From the NCBI GenBank assembly GCA_951406725.2, contig OX597817.1, positions 116,250,001 through 116,314,000 on the forward strand: DNA of 64,000 nucleotides, read 5' to 3'. The position numbers were made by a program, and so were the translations under genes. This stretch comes from Octopus vulgaris. Its lineage: Eukaryota. Below the pieces are notes generated by a model, which saw only the letters and a program-made list of their open reading frames with translations, made no database searches and was not told the DNA's origin. Position 1 is the first letter of the stretch. Each line of letters begins with the position of its first letter. Below, piece after piece: positions 10,198 to 22,632 of this stretch.

Positions 10198-12605
10198 TCA
10201 CAACGATAATGCTCTTCTCAGTATATGAGCTGTTCTAGTTGACACGATTTTTTGCACTTCCTGTATGGATGGTAAGCTTGGTATCATTTTCAAATAGGTT
10301 TCAGTGCCATTTTTTTTTATCATTCCTAGAGATCCTACAATCACTGGTATTGTGGTCACCTTGAGATGCCACATTTTTTTCAATTTCTATTAGCAAGTCT
10401 TTATAATTATTGATCTTGTCAAATTCTTTCGCCGCTATATTGTGATCGCAAGGAATACTCATGTCAATTAATAAACACATCTCTTTTGTCTGATCTTTTA
10501 TAAATAATACTATCCGCTTTATTAACTTTTATAGTTGTGTCGCTATGTACGCGAAATCCCATAGAATCGACACATTTTCTCTCTCAGTCACAGCTTCAGG
10601 ATGGTGTTTATAACATTTGTCCAGGGTTTTGATTTTATAATGAGGACATATTGTCCAGTGTAAATACTGGCCGACTCTGTCATGTCTTGCTGTATATTCT
10701 ATAGGTGCTAATACTCTACACCCTGAGATTATGTGGTCAATAGTTTCAATCTCATCGTTACAGAATCGGCATTTTGGGTCAGCTCTATTTTTTATCACAT
10801 TCGCTTGGTAGTTCCGGGTTAGTAAGCTTTGGTCTTGAGCAGCTAATATGAAACTTTAACTCTCTGCTTTTAGCTCTGAGCTTCGTAACCATTATTGCGT
10901 GTGTTTCTGGTCGACATCACCTTGTTTAGTACGAGCCACATACTTGCCATGCAAAGGTATCTGTTGCCATCTGCTAGCTAATTTTTCATGTGCTTTTGTC
11001 TTTGCAATTAAGTTTGTTTTCTATGCAGCAGCTGTTGGCACATTTCCTTCAACCTGATCAATCTGGTAGGTATCTAAGAAATCAGTAGCGAATTATTTAC
11101 ACTCTTTCAGAATAGAGAGCATTGTTTTCGGTCTTTCATGTTTCTCAACAAGTTTTAGCATCCAATCGTTGGTTGCTGCATGGTATTTGGCCAGCCCGAT
11201 TCTGGTGGTTTTGTACGTAATTTCAAGCTGGATCAAACCTCGACCTCTGGGAAGGTAAAGACGAGTTCTGGGAAGGTAAAGAAGATCCACGTCTGCCTTT
11301 GGATGGTGCATCTTATGACAAGTTTATAACGTGCGGATTTTTCTGTCAATTTTCATTATTTCACTAGTATTCCAGTTAAGAACATTGAAGCTATAAAGAA
11401 CAACTGGGACTGCTAAAGAATTTATGGCTAACACTTTATTATATGCATTCAGCTCAGACTTCAGGATTGCCCGAACTCTTCTATAACATTCCTTCCTAAC
11501 CTTCTTTTTCATGCTTGCATGCTGGATACCAGAGCCTTCATTTATTCCTAGGTATTTATAGGTTTGTACCTGCTCAAGTTCCTTTATTACTGTTTCGACA
11601 TCTAATTCGATTGAACTTGACTTTGACTTTACCAATTTCCTTTTCTTAAAAGTAGCTTTGGCACACTTTTCAAGGCCAAACTCCATCCCAATATCATCAC
11701 TGAATCATTTCACAGTATGTAGTAGTCCTTCACGCTCTTCATCATCTTTGCCATATAGTTTTAAATCATCCATATAAAATAGATGGCTTATTTTCCTGTT
11801 CTATTCAGTTTACTATGCAGAAAATTAGTGCTGAAAGTGAGTCACCTTGGAAAATACCATAGTTTATGCTAATATTGTTTGAGCGCAATACCCCATTAGA
11901 ATGATATAATTGGAGTTTCGTGTTCCATAATGACATATTATACTTTAAAAAATCTGAAATCATTGGAGAAATTTTGAAAATGTCCAGCGATTTCAGAATC
12001 CACGAATGTGGTATGTTATCAAAGGCTTTTTTATAATGAACCCATGAAGAGCTGAGATTTCTGCGCTTGTTATGGCAGTTCTCAAGGATCATGCGATTAA
12101 TTAGGAGCTGATATTTCCATCCGTATGAGCCTCGTCTGCATCCTTTTTGTTCAGTGAGAAAGAGGTTATTCTCTTCCATAAACGTATATGTTTTCACCAC
12201 TAGAATAGATTTCAAAATCTTATAGGTTGTAGACAAACATGTTATAGGCCGGGAGATTTTGGGTTTTTCGTTTCGTTATTTTGGGGGAGGAGGTAATTAA
12301 TACCATTTGCCATCGAATGGGGAGTTTTTTCCGGGTCTTTCATAATACTGTTAAATAGTATTACTAACATATAGCGTGCGGACGGGTGTGAAGAGAGCCA
12401 GAAATTTGGTACTCTGTCAATAACAGGGGATTTCCACTTATTAGCCTTCGTTAGTGTCCACCTTAGGTGTGCGATTGAGATGTCTTCTTATACCTGTTCC
12501 TGTAGATATTTGTAGGCATCTTGGGTGCGTATGATCCAGTGTGCATTTTCCTTGTATGGTTTCTCATCACTCCAGATCACTTTCCAAAGTTTTCAACTTC
12601 CATTA
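10198..12605 (-). mobile_element. Decayed R4/Dong-clade non-LTR retrotransposon (RT + CCHC + restriction-like endonuclease)
   Basis: Frameshifted pieces in order on the minus strand: FWK.IW, WKSP..D.VPNFWL, QKGCRRGSYG, KAFD.IPHSWI, GIFQGDSLS, HLFYMDDLKLY, MEFGLEKCAK, YKYLG, CRFC...ETIDHIISGC, RHD, ILWDF, KMW..TIPVIVGSLG, QK.....TAHILR. The element may extend to ~13400. Confidence 0.9.
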
Positions 12606-14135
12606 GGCGTGGATTTTCATTGTTGGTTGCTTCTGTGTTTTCTTGTTGTTGTTGGAGTGATTGAGAATTGATTTGCAGTTGTAGTTTTTGTGTTTGTATT
12701 TTTCTGTGTCTTTAGAGCAGAGCGATGTACCCTCCGCAATTTGTTACAGTGATCCATCTTTCGGTATGCCCTTCTTACTTCATGTCATTGTCGTTGTTGG
12801 TTTTTGGAGCAGAGCGTTAAAAAAATGCTTGATTTTGTGTGGAACTCGGGCGTAAACTCCTTTCATTGCTTTGGCCTAGTTCTGGTTGCTGGAGTCTTTA
12901 GTACATACACCGGATCTTGTGATTTTAGTGTTTGTGGTGTTGGTGGATGGTTTCAAGTTATGTTTATGCTATGATAATGTTTCGTAGTGACATTTCATCC
13001 GATTTTATTGAGTGTTACTTTTGAGTTTCCTCTGCCGGTTTTCTAGGATATCCTGCAATCTAATTGTTTCATTTTGATAGATGTTAACTGTATAATGTAT
13101 GTACTGTGTCATATTGTTTGGTGTTGAATATGTAAAGTAAGTTGTTTTATTTCATTGTGTATTTTATTTGACAGGCTATTCGTTGAGAGACCGTAGAGAT
13201 TTTGTTCTGCTATTGATTTAAAAGTGATTTACATAGGATTCCTTCTGTATGTATTAGGGCATTTTTTGATTTGATTGTGACGTTATGAATTTTGACATGT
13301 GTTATCATTTTATAATATTTTGCTAACTTCACTTTCTGATAATTCTTTTCCTTTCATGCAACATATCCTGCGTATCTCAGTCTGCTTATTTAATCTTGCT
13401 TATTTACTTTCACAGTTTATCCAATTCCGCATGGGTAATATTTCAATCATATGATATCAACATTTTTATCAGAATACAAATTTTTTTACTCCAGCCGTTG
13501 ATAGGAATGATTGTCTACATCTCCTTTTCAGATCCGTAATACTAACTACTCACATACACCATTCGTACGTAAAAAATTCCCGCGGCAAGAAATCCATAAT
13601 ATTTTTCATACCAGCATCTGAATTTCACGTTCCTTTTGATGTTAGTATGACATGTAAGGAAACTTCAGAACTTTGCGCACATGTTCGCTTGCATGTTCAA
13701 AAAATAAAAGACAACACTCTATAATAGGTTTCCAAAAATTTTGTGAGAAGATATGACTAAGTCTCTATGTTATTACTATGCAATATAGATCAACATAACA
13801 GCGTTAAATTACTTAAAGTCATTCATAATTTCTTTATAACATTCCTAAATAAGTAAATAAGTATCACATCAGTGAATAAGTGTCATAAGGAATACTATAG
13901 TTTTATCTTTTCTTGAAGATTATAACATAGCGTTCACCTTTCAAAATAAAACAAGCAGCTAACCTGATTATATGGAATAATTGGTACAATTTTATGACTG
14001 CAGAGCGTCACCAATCTTTGAGTATTGAATCAGTTCAGTAAGTCGGTTCTGTGATTAAAATGTAAATTTTTATATACTTATGCATTAAGAGATGTTCCTG
14101 CTATTTATTCCATCAAAGCCACAATTACACACGCA

Positions 14136-14167
<32 letters not shown>

Positions 14168-14855
14168 TACACACACACACACACAAATATATTTATCTGT
14201 ACGGGAGCATATGCACACACATATGCATACATACATACTTTAGAAAACGTATGATTGCATTGCATTATTCTACTCCGTAAAAGTGGAGATATTTTCCTCT
14301 TGAAAAGTAATCAATCATCATCAATTCATAAAAATGATGTACTTAAGACTTGACGAATATAGCAAATGGAAAATACATATATGCTACAGACGTACAGTAA
14401 ATATATGTAAAACTGATATCGGAAGAGAAATAGGTTTATCTAGAATCGCGGAGGAGCTTCACCTGAATCTCAATCGTTTGGTCCTCTGTGTTTTAGTTTT
14501 GCTCTCACTATTATAAACGGTAGCGATGGCAACGAAAGGTGATACAAAGAAGAAGTGTTCGGTACTTTATTCAGGACCGAGCAGATTGCTCATCAAATGA
14601 TATAAATCCAGAAGACGTCAGCCGTAAAGATATGCTTTATTCACACGCCCATTAAGATTCACAGATATCGTAAACACACAGATGGTTTTCTCTCGTTCGG
14701 CCATTCCCCCTCTTTTTCTTTGAAGCATACACGTACTAAGAAATATGTATGAACATATATACATACACACAAGAACACACACACATACATACATACATAT
14801 ATATATACACACATGCACATAATATGGCTGTGTGTTTGCATAAGTACATACGAGC

Positions 14856-14895
<40 letters not shown>

Positions 14896-16923
14896 ATGTA
14901 TGTATGCATGCATAACTGAAGAGAAAGGGGGAAGAGATGAAAAGATAAAGCAATATTAAGAACAATGTACGGAAGAATGAAGACAGATATTTATGGCACG
15001 GCATCTCTCTGTTCATTACAAAGTTCGTTTGATCATGCATCAAAGTTAACTTCCCCGATTTAGAATATAGACAGATGTGATGTAAGGTTATTTATAGTAA
15101 CCCGCAGTTGAAAGATATCGAATGAAATACAAACAACTGAAATGACTACAGTCTCTTTCACAAATCCCTATGGTAGCTATATCAGTTGTGGTAATTTCAT
15201 TGATTTCTAAAGGAATGAACGTTATAGTAGACCCCAGAAGGAATATCATTCAATGCTGGTCCTGCTATGTATTCAGTGCGAACGTTAGGATCAGATATGG
15301 CGCTGCTGTGTTGATAAATGTTCTAAAGGGAGAAATACACTATGAGTCACGCAAGTAATTAATTTTTGATGTGTACTAAAATAGGAAATAGTAAATTGAT
15401 TCAATAAATATGAATTTAATAGATACTCATCTTTGTTATTGTTTGCTTTAAGCAAGGAAGTTTAAATGTTGCATAAATATATGAAGGTGTGTATATGATA
15501 TTCTCTATAAATGCATTGGAAATAAGTTCAAATCAGTTCATTTTTTTATTGATTGAAATTCGAAATACAGTTCAGCTGCCAAAAATAATTTGTAAATAAC
15601 GCGCATATAAAAGATAATCATACAAATGTAATATTATGAGTTGAAATTCTTTGAATATTATTTTTGCAATTAGAAGATAAGAGCTCCCTCTACGTGCAAC
15701 AGGAGAGATAACTCCGGTATTATGATTTAATCCAATTTCTGCCTTGCACCGTATATATTGAAATAAACGGAAAGTAGCGGTGCTTATTATAAACGACAAG
15801 AATAAGGTTAAGGCAACATTCAGCAAGCGAGCACTATGTATTAGTGTGAATCTCTTTTGCTTCTTCAAAAATAAAATAAAGAAATGTTAACCCTCAATAT
15901 ATGTTAAGTGAAATTATACCGTATGTGTAATTAACAAGCAAATGAAAACTCTGAGTTATTCTCTCTTTTAGCTCATTTGATGTTGCTGATAATGTTGGTA
16001 CGTATATGTTTTATAAATCTTTGGAAAAGTAATTATAAAATTGCTGTAAAAAATAGTAAGGCATTATTAGATAAAATATGAAAAGAGTTTCTTTTACGTT
16101 AAAATCTAATGGAGGGGCAGTATGAGTATGAAAGCAGTATGAGTAGAAAGTCAGTTTGTAGAAATAAGAAGAAAATACTGGGCAAAGACAAAGATTGCAA
16201 CAAAGCCGGATACGGATTCTACTACTTCTTGGGAACTGAAGATAACAAAATATATTGCTTCAGCAGCTATTACAGAAGCCAGTTGTTTGACTGGCTTCCC
16301 GTCAGTAGAAGCAAGCACGGTCATACGTCGATAGCGTCATGGTATTGGCTCTCGCAAAAGTCGACAAGCAGAAAAAGGATGCCAAAGAAAATTCGTGGGC
16401 AAACCGAAGACATTTATGACACATGAAGAGGATTATATGAGGTCACATTAGTACAATTATCCATGAAGCACTTGAGAGACCTATTGAACTGCTTGAATAG
16501 GAAGAGGACAATATCCAATTTGCTGAAGATAATATAGCGCTTGCTTACAAAGCATATTTCAGTTAAAATCATTAGTGGAAAACTCCTACAGGGGACATTT
16601 ACCAAATTAAATAGGAATAATTAGGGAATTCGTGATATTATTGTGTCACTTTTAATATAAACGATTCGAACGCCATTTTGTGTACCGAAGTACTATCAGA
16701 GGAAGTCAGTCAGGCTTGTAAGATAGGAAAATCCAACGAAAATGATCGCTTACTCTTTGTATGTGTGTTTCGTATATTTTTGACTTGTGCTTTATTGTTT
16801 TTAATTACTATGAATTACTATCTTTTCACATTTACTTCTTCATAAATTTTCTCTAAATATATAATAGGTATTAATATTTTCCAGAGCTTTCCTTCTTATC
16901 CTATCATTTTTTATATAACTATG

Positions 16924-17045
16924 TACGAGGGAGTGCTGAAGTATACCTGGATTTAGGTAAAAGAAGATACAGGTGTATCAGTTAATTATGTTTTTATTCA
17001 GCATATTGCCTCTCATATTAACAATCTAATTTGAGTAGTCCTTTT
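16924..17045. mobile_element. Possible mariner terminal (TIR-proximal) fragment
   Basis: Starts TA-CGAGGGAGTGCTGAA, a mariner-type TIR beginning. No partner TIR or transposase was found. Confidence 0.35.
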
Positions 17046-18732
17046 AACCAAGGTTTTCACGTTACCCTTAAAGCCAAGATCTTTTCAGCAACTCCTCGTA
17101 TGTTCATCTGACACATCTTATCTTTGTCGGTTACACGTTTTCTATGAAGGCACAGCATCGCGTTTTTCTTGGACTTCCTCTCGATCTTTCTCTTCATGGT
17201 GTTCACTCCATCAGGATGGTCGCAAGTCTCTTGCACTTTGTCTCCATGCCATGCTACCTTCCCATACCTGCTCTTCTCGTCTCCTCTTTGATTCTCACTC
17301 TGGTCTGGTAAAAGCAAATTCTTTTCCTCTGGATGTAAAGTATATATATTGTTTTTGTACACTGTACAAATCCAATTCAAAGAAAATATTTTACTCTTAT
17401 ACATATATGTCCTGAAATTATAAAGCCCAAAACTTGAAATAAGCCAAACGTGATGAAGCTTCTAGAGCGGTACTGTAGAAGAAGACAGCCTGAGTTTGGA
17501 AATCCTGAGCAATTGAAAAACAGAAACCCACTGATATTTGTTTCCAGAAGACAAGAAAAGAAAAAAAAAACCAGAATCTCATTCTCTTGGACTTATCTGG
17601 GTGTAACAATTTGGACGAGGGCGAAGGTGACAATTCAGCAGTAATAACAATGACAGTAGTAACCTATGTACAAGGAAACTCTAAGAAGCACCAGTAGTAT
17701 ATCACTCGTCTACTTGTGGGAATACTGACCGGATTGAAGCTAGGGAAAAAGAGAAGTCAGTTGCAAAATGTGACGAAACGACTAAATCAGAATTGAAGTG
17801 ATGGAGAGAAAAAGTTGAAACTACAATGTTAATTTAGTTTCCATAGATGTACCGAAAACAAGAAAAGTTCCCCGAAAAAGTCAAATGTGCGAAAGACTTT
17901 GTCGTTAATTTGCTCAGTGGGGATGACATTAAGAATTCTATGAGAAATAAGAAAAAGTGATCTACAATACGCTTTAAAAGGGAAGGTTATAAATTAACAA
18001 CTACCTGGGAATTTTAAAATGCTAAAATAGACTCTTAACATAAATGGCATGGCAAATTGAATTCTGTCTATCCGTTAGTTAGGATTCCATTGATTCTCAG
18101 GTCACAAAAATCGATGAGAGAAGGATGCTTTGGAAAGTCAATTCCTGAAATACGTTATGCAAAATGTTCAAGGATATTCTTGAAAGATACATATGAAATA
18201 AATTGGAAATTAAATTAACATAAGTATTTGGACGGAAACCACCCACCCACACACATATATATATACATACACATATAAATATATGTGTGTGTGGGTGTGT
18301 ATGTGTGTTTTTATGTGCTTGTTGCTTGCTCGATGTTCTGTTATGGCTGTGGGAGAGAAAGAGGGAAAGAGGGAAGAAAGGAGAGTCTACGATCTTCAGA
18401 GGAGAATATCACTTCATTTTTTTCCTTTTCTCTTTCTAGATTTTAAGTTGGAGAATTTTTCTTTCTTTTCTCACGGTGGAAACAAAGGACGTAAAAGGGC
18501 ATATATATTTTATTACACGATTGTTTATTACTACCAACATGTCCGTGAAGGGTTCCATTTCGGCTTTATTAAGCCTCATCAGCATAGATTAATTCAAGGT
18601 ATTACTGATTCTTCCTTCTGTTTTTAAACTAGTCCACCTGAATCATGTAAGAGGTAAAATCAATCGGTTTCTTTGTTTCTCGTCTTTATTTATGGAAAAG
18701 AAAGATTGAATGAGACTGAGACAAAAGACAAC

Positions 18733-18764
<32 letters not shown>

Positions 18765-18826
18765 GTATATATGCATATATATATATATGCATATATACAT
18801 ATATATACATATATATATATACACAT

Positions 18827-18860
<34 letters not shown>

Positions 18861-18865
18861 ATTGA

Positions 18866-19041
18866 GGTGCAGGAGTAGCTATGTGGTAAGTAGCCTGCTT
18901 ACCAACAACATGGTTCCAGGTTCAGTCCCAATGTTTGGCACCTTCAGCATATGTCTTCTACTATAGCCTCCAACTGACCAAAGCCTTGTGAGTGGATTTA
19001 GTAGGCGGAAACTGAAAGAAGCGGATCGTATACATCCACAC

Positions 19042-19080
<39 letters not shown>

Positions 19081-19292
19081 AGTGCGTATGTTTGTGTGTC
19101 TGTGTTTGTTCCTGCTTCCACCATCGATTGACAACATATGCTGGAATGTTGACGTTAGCATGTCAGTAAAAGGGATTGATAGAATACGTATTAGGCTTAC
19201 GAAGAATAAGTCCTGGCGTCGATTTGTTCGAATAAAGGCGTTGCTCCAGCATGACCGCAGTCAAATGACTGTAACAAATGACAAATAAGAAT
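18866..19292 (+). mobile_element. tRNA-derived SINE (family A) with internal (TA)/(TG) microsatellite
   Basis: A-box-like TAGCTATGTGG and B-box-like GGTTCAGTCCC, body gtcttctactatagcctc...aaagccttgtgagtggatt...ggaaactgaaagaa. Colinear with 51928-52343. Confidence 0.85.
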
Positions 19293-19995
19293 ATATAACA
19301 TTACAGAATACAGAGACTTGTGCATTCTCAAAATTTGTTTTATAATTTCATACAGCATATTAACCTAGAACATAACAGTATACACTTGCGCGAAAATGCT
19401 ATCTGCAAGATTGTATATTTTATATAGTGTATATCCGTATACAGATGGCATGCATCTGGTAAGAATGTTGGTAAGACATGCAATACGAATGAAGGTCAAG
19501 CATCAATAATGGAATGCCTAAAATAGAGCTGTAAGATGGAATACATTTATGCTAAAATAAGGTGCATTTATAAAGCAGTGAAAATGTACTACCTAGATTC
19601 TGCCGATATATTTTGACATAAGGATATATACTATAATGGAGAAAACTGCTTATTAATTAGGTTTGTAACAATTTCGAGAAGTACTAAAAGAAATCAGTAT
19701 TAAAAGCTTGGCTATCTGTAAATATTTTAATAAATTCATATTCTTACAAATTACCTATATTTTCGATTTCTGAAGTTTATTGAATTTTTAAACTCCACAT
19801 TCTCGCAACTTTAAATATCTATTGCATTTACTGCGTCCGACGCTTCATGAATTTAAATATTCATTGCATTCACTGCTGAGTAAATTATAATGTTCAATAA
19901 TAAACACTATTAATTCGTTGCAGGCAACATTTTACGTTTTTATTTGCAAGTCTCTCATTCTCACTCGCCTCTATTTTCATTAATGATAATCTAAT

Positions 19996-20584
19996 ATAGC
20001 TATTTAACTTTGATACAGTTTCCGGAGTTTCTTAAAAGAATATTTTTGATAAAAGGAAACATTTTTAATACACCCGTATAATCGTTAAGTGATTTAGGGT
20101 TGAATGAATGCATGTTATTACATAAAATAAGCTGTATAACTTAGATACGAGACACAATTTCCAGACTATTGTCAGTTTCCGGACTTTGTTAAATGAATAG
20201 CTTTGATAAAACGAAAATGGTTTGATATACCGGTAAGATTTTTTTAAATAAATAAATGTTTTTATTGGTATGACTACTTGGAACGCTATAAGCTATAAAA
20301 TAATAATTGTTATCGCTGCTATTTCTAGCACGCTAACGAGCTTTCACTTATACGATTTTTTCATTTCATCTTATACAAAATAGCTGTATAACTTTGATAC
20401 GAGGCACAATTTCAGGAATATTATCAGTATCCGGAGTTTACTTAATGAATACTTTTGACAAGTTGAATATTCTTTAATATACTGGTATAATTTTTATTTT
20501 TTGTATGAAGAGATGATTTTGCTGGAACGCTATAAGCCTTAGAATAATAACTATTTCTAGCACACTAAACAGCTTTCATTTATA
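19996..20584. repeat. Three diverged tandem units (~19996-20085, 20125-20352, 20377-20584) upstream of the Helitron relic
   Basis: Recurring atagctgtataactttgatac...cagtttccggagttt...tgaata.ttttgataa; ggaacgctataagc...ctatttctagcac is shared by units 2 and 3. Confidence 0.75.
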
Positions 20585-20759
20585 TATAATACGCGATTGA
20601 AAAAGAAAATTTAGCAGCAAAGGAACAACGGCAGAGAGAAAGATGGGCAACTCAATCAGATGAAACTTGGGCAAAGCGACTGAAATAGATGCCTGAATAT
20701 GCACGGAGACGTAGACATGATTCTGTTTCTGCTACACATGACTGACTGGTTAGTGTATC

Positions 20760-21585
20760 TCGAGAGGAGAATATTCTACTTCAAAATAACTGTGTTAGAT
20801 CGCAAAATTGTTGATGCAGCACTAAAGAGATCTTTTCTTTGCGATCATGTGGAAGTAGTAGAGTTGACAACCAATCTAAGACTTCTCATAGAGAGTTTGC
20901 TAATTACCTCTTTGATGTAGTAAATAACATTTCTGTTGAACAAAGCTTAGGTGAATTCAAAATCAAACTACACAATGACACTTGCCTTGACCTCAAAACT
21001 AACTTCACAAACCCTGTGTGGCTTTGCAAATAGAACCATCGTTACTGCAACAAATGAAGCAGCACAATTTGTGAATGGTTTTCTGTTGATAGGATCCCTG
21101 GCGTGCGAAAAATATACGGAAGCACAGATACAGTTGATAATGAAACTCTGTACACAATCGAGTCCATCAACAAACTTACACCATCAGAGTTTCCACCACA
21201 AATTCTCAAACTGAAGAAAAACGATGCATAATGCTTCTGAGAAATTTAGATGCTACTGATGGATATTGCAATGGCACACACTGCATCATTGTCAGTTTAC
21301 ATGTTCATGTTATTGAGGCTGAGTTTGCTTCTAGTGCTTATGTATGATCAACTCTGCTAATCCCACGAATACTACATATATCTCTAGAAATAAAATTTCC
21401 TGTCAAGCCAGATTTTGCCTTGACGTGAAACAAGGCACAGGGACAGACACAATTCCTCTCACATGGTCAGATATATGTTGCATTATCTAGTGTTCGAAAG
21501 AAGGCTAATTTAAACATACTGACTAGGAGAAATAGAAACACTATGATTACTGACAGTTGTGTCTACATGGAGATACTGCTTCAAA
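20760..21585 (+). pseudogene. Helitron PIF1-type helicase C-terminal relic
   Basis: Frameshifted motifs KIVDAALKRS....V.VVELTTNLR, EFANYL, RTIVTATNE, PSEFPPQILKLKK, IMLLRNLD..GYCNGT, VIEA, LIPRI, FPVKPDFALT*NKAQGQT, LSHGQIYVALS. Confidence 0.88.
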
Positions 21586-21864
21586 GCAAAATATGCTTTT
21601 CAATAAATAGAATTAACACGTAGATTATGTGTGAAGTAACATATATTTGTGTCGAATTAAATTATGTTGGCATATTTCAACACATGCCGAATGAATGATG
21701 TTGTTATATTTAATCATTTTAAATTTGGGTATATATGAAAAAGTAAGGAAACGTCATTCCCATGTGTTGTCACAGCACCAGACTTTTGTGTGTATTAGTG
21801 TGTATGTATATAACTCAATCCCTAACTCCCTTCTTCACTGTTTCCATCTATCTATCTATCTATA

Positions 21865-21914
<50 letters not shown>

Positions 21915-22140
21915 CCTATGTAAGTCCTACTAATTATTAATGATGAATATATATAATAGATTGACTCTTTAAAAAAGAGAGATTATGACTGATAGAATAA
22001 TAATAGCAATAGTTACTAAGCAAATGAGCATTATTCTACCAAAAAATAATTAGACAAAGTATCATAACAATTTTATAATTGGGAATCAAATGGTGGAAAT
22101 ACTATTTAGTCTTTCTAGCACTGTGTGTGTATACACACAC

Positions 22141-22185
<45 letters not shown>

Positions 22186-22186
22186 T

Positions 22187-22298
22187 AAAATTATAATTTA
22201 AGGTATCTAAGAGATACCACCACGCTGGAAATAGCAGTCAAAACTTGAGGCTAAAATCACATTCAATGTATATCTTAGATACCCTAAATTATAATTTT
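22187..22298. repeat. 31-bp inverted repeat (22187-22217 / 22268-22298) next to (TA)n
   Basis: aaaattataatttaaggtatctaagagatac vs gtatatcttagataccctaaattataatttt (2 mismatches). Confidence 0.85.
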
Positions 22299-22510
22299 AA
22301 TAATAATTATTACATTTGAAGGTTTTTATTCCTATGATGGATACCTGATAAGATCAGTATTTAAATAACGATTTTATCCTTATTTATATAAATTTATGTA
22401 TATTATATATATATATATATATATATACAGGCACACATACATACACACACATATATGTATCTATTAATAATAAGCATGTTTATATATATATATATATATA
22501 CATCGTCGTG

Positions 22511-22632
22511 GCGCTCCGTCGGTTACGGCGACGAGGGTTCTAGTTGATCCGATCATCGGAACAGCCTGCTCGCGAAATTAACGTGCAAGTGTCTGAGCAC
22601 TCCACAGACACTTGTACCCTTAACGTAGTTCT
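22511..22632. mobile_element. GC-rich interspersed repeat (SINE-like) fragment
   Basis: Abrupt GC-rich segment right after (TA)n in an AT-rich background (gcgctccgtcggttacggcgacgagggttc...ccacagacacttgtacccttaacgtagttct). Family assignment is from recall only. Confidence 0.45.

Noticed and set aside
16109-16620. Purine-rich ORF-like segment, possible TE coding relic
   Set aside because: No diagnostic motif could be recognised in any frame.
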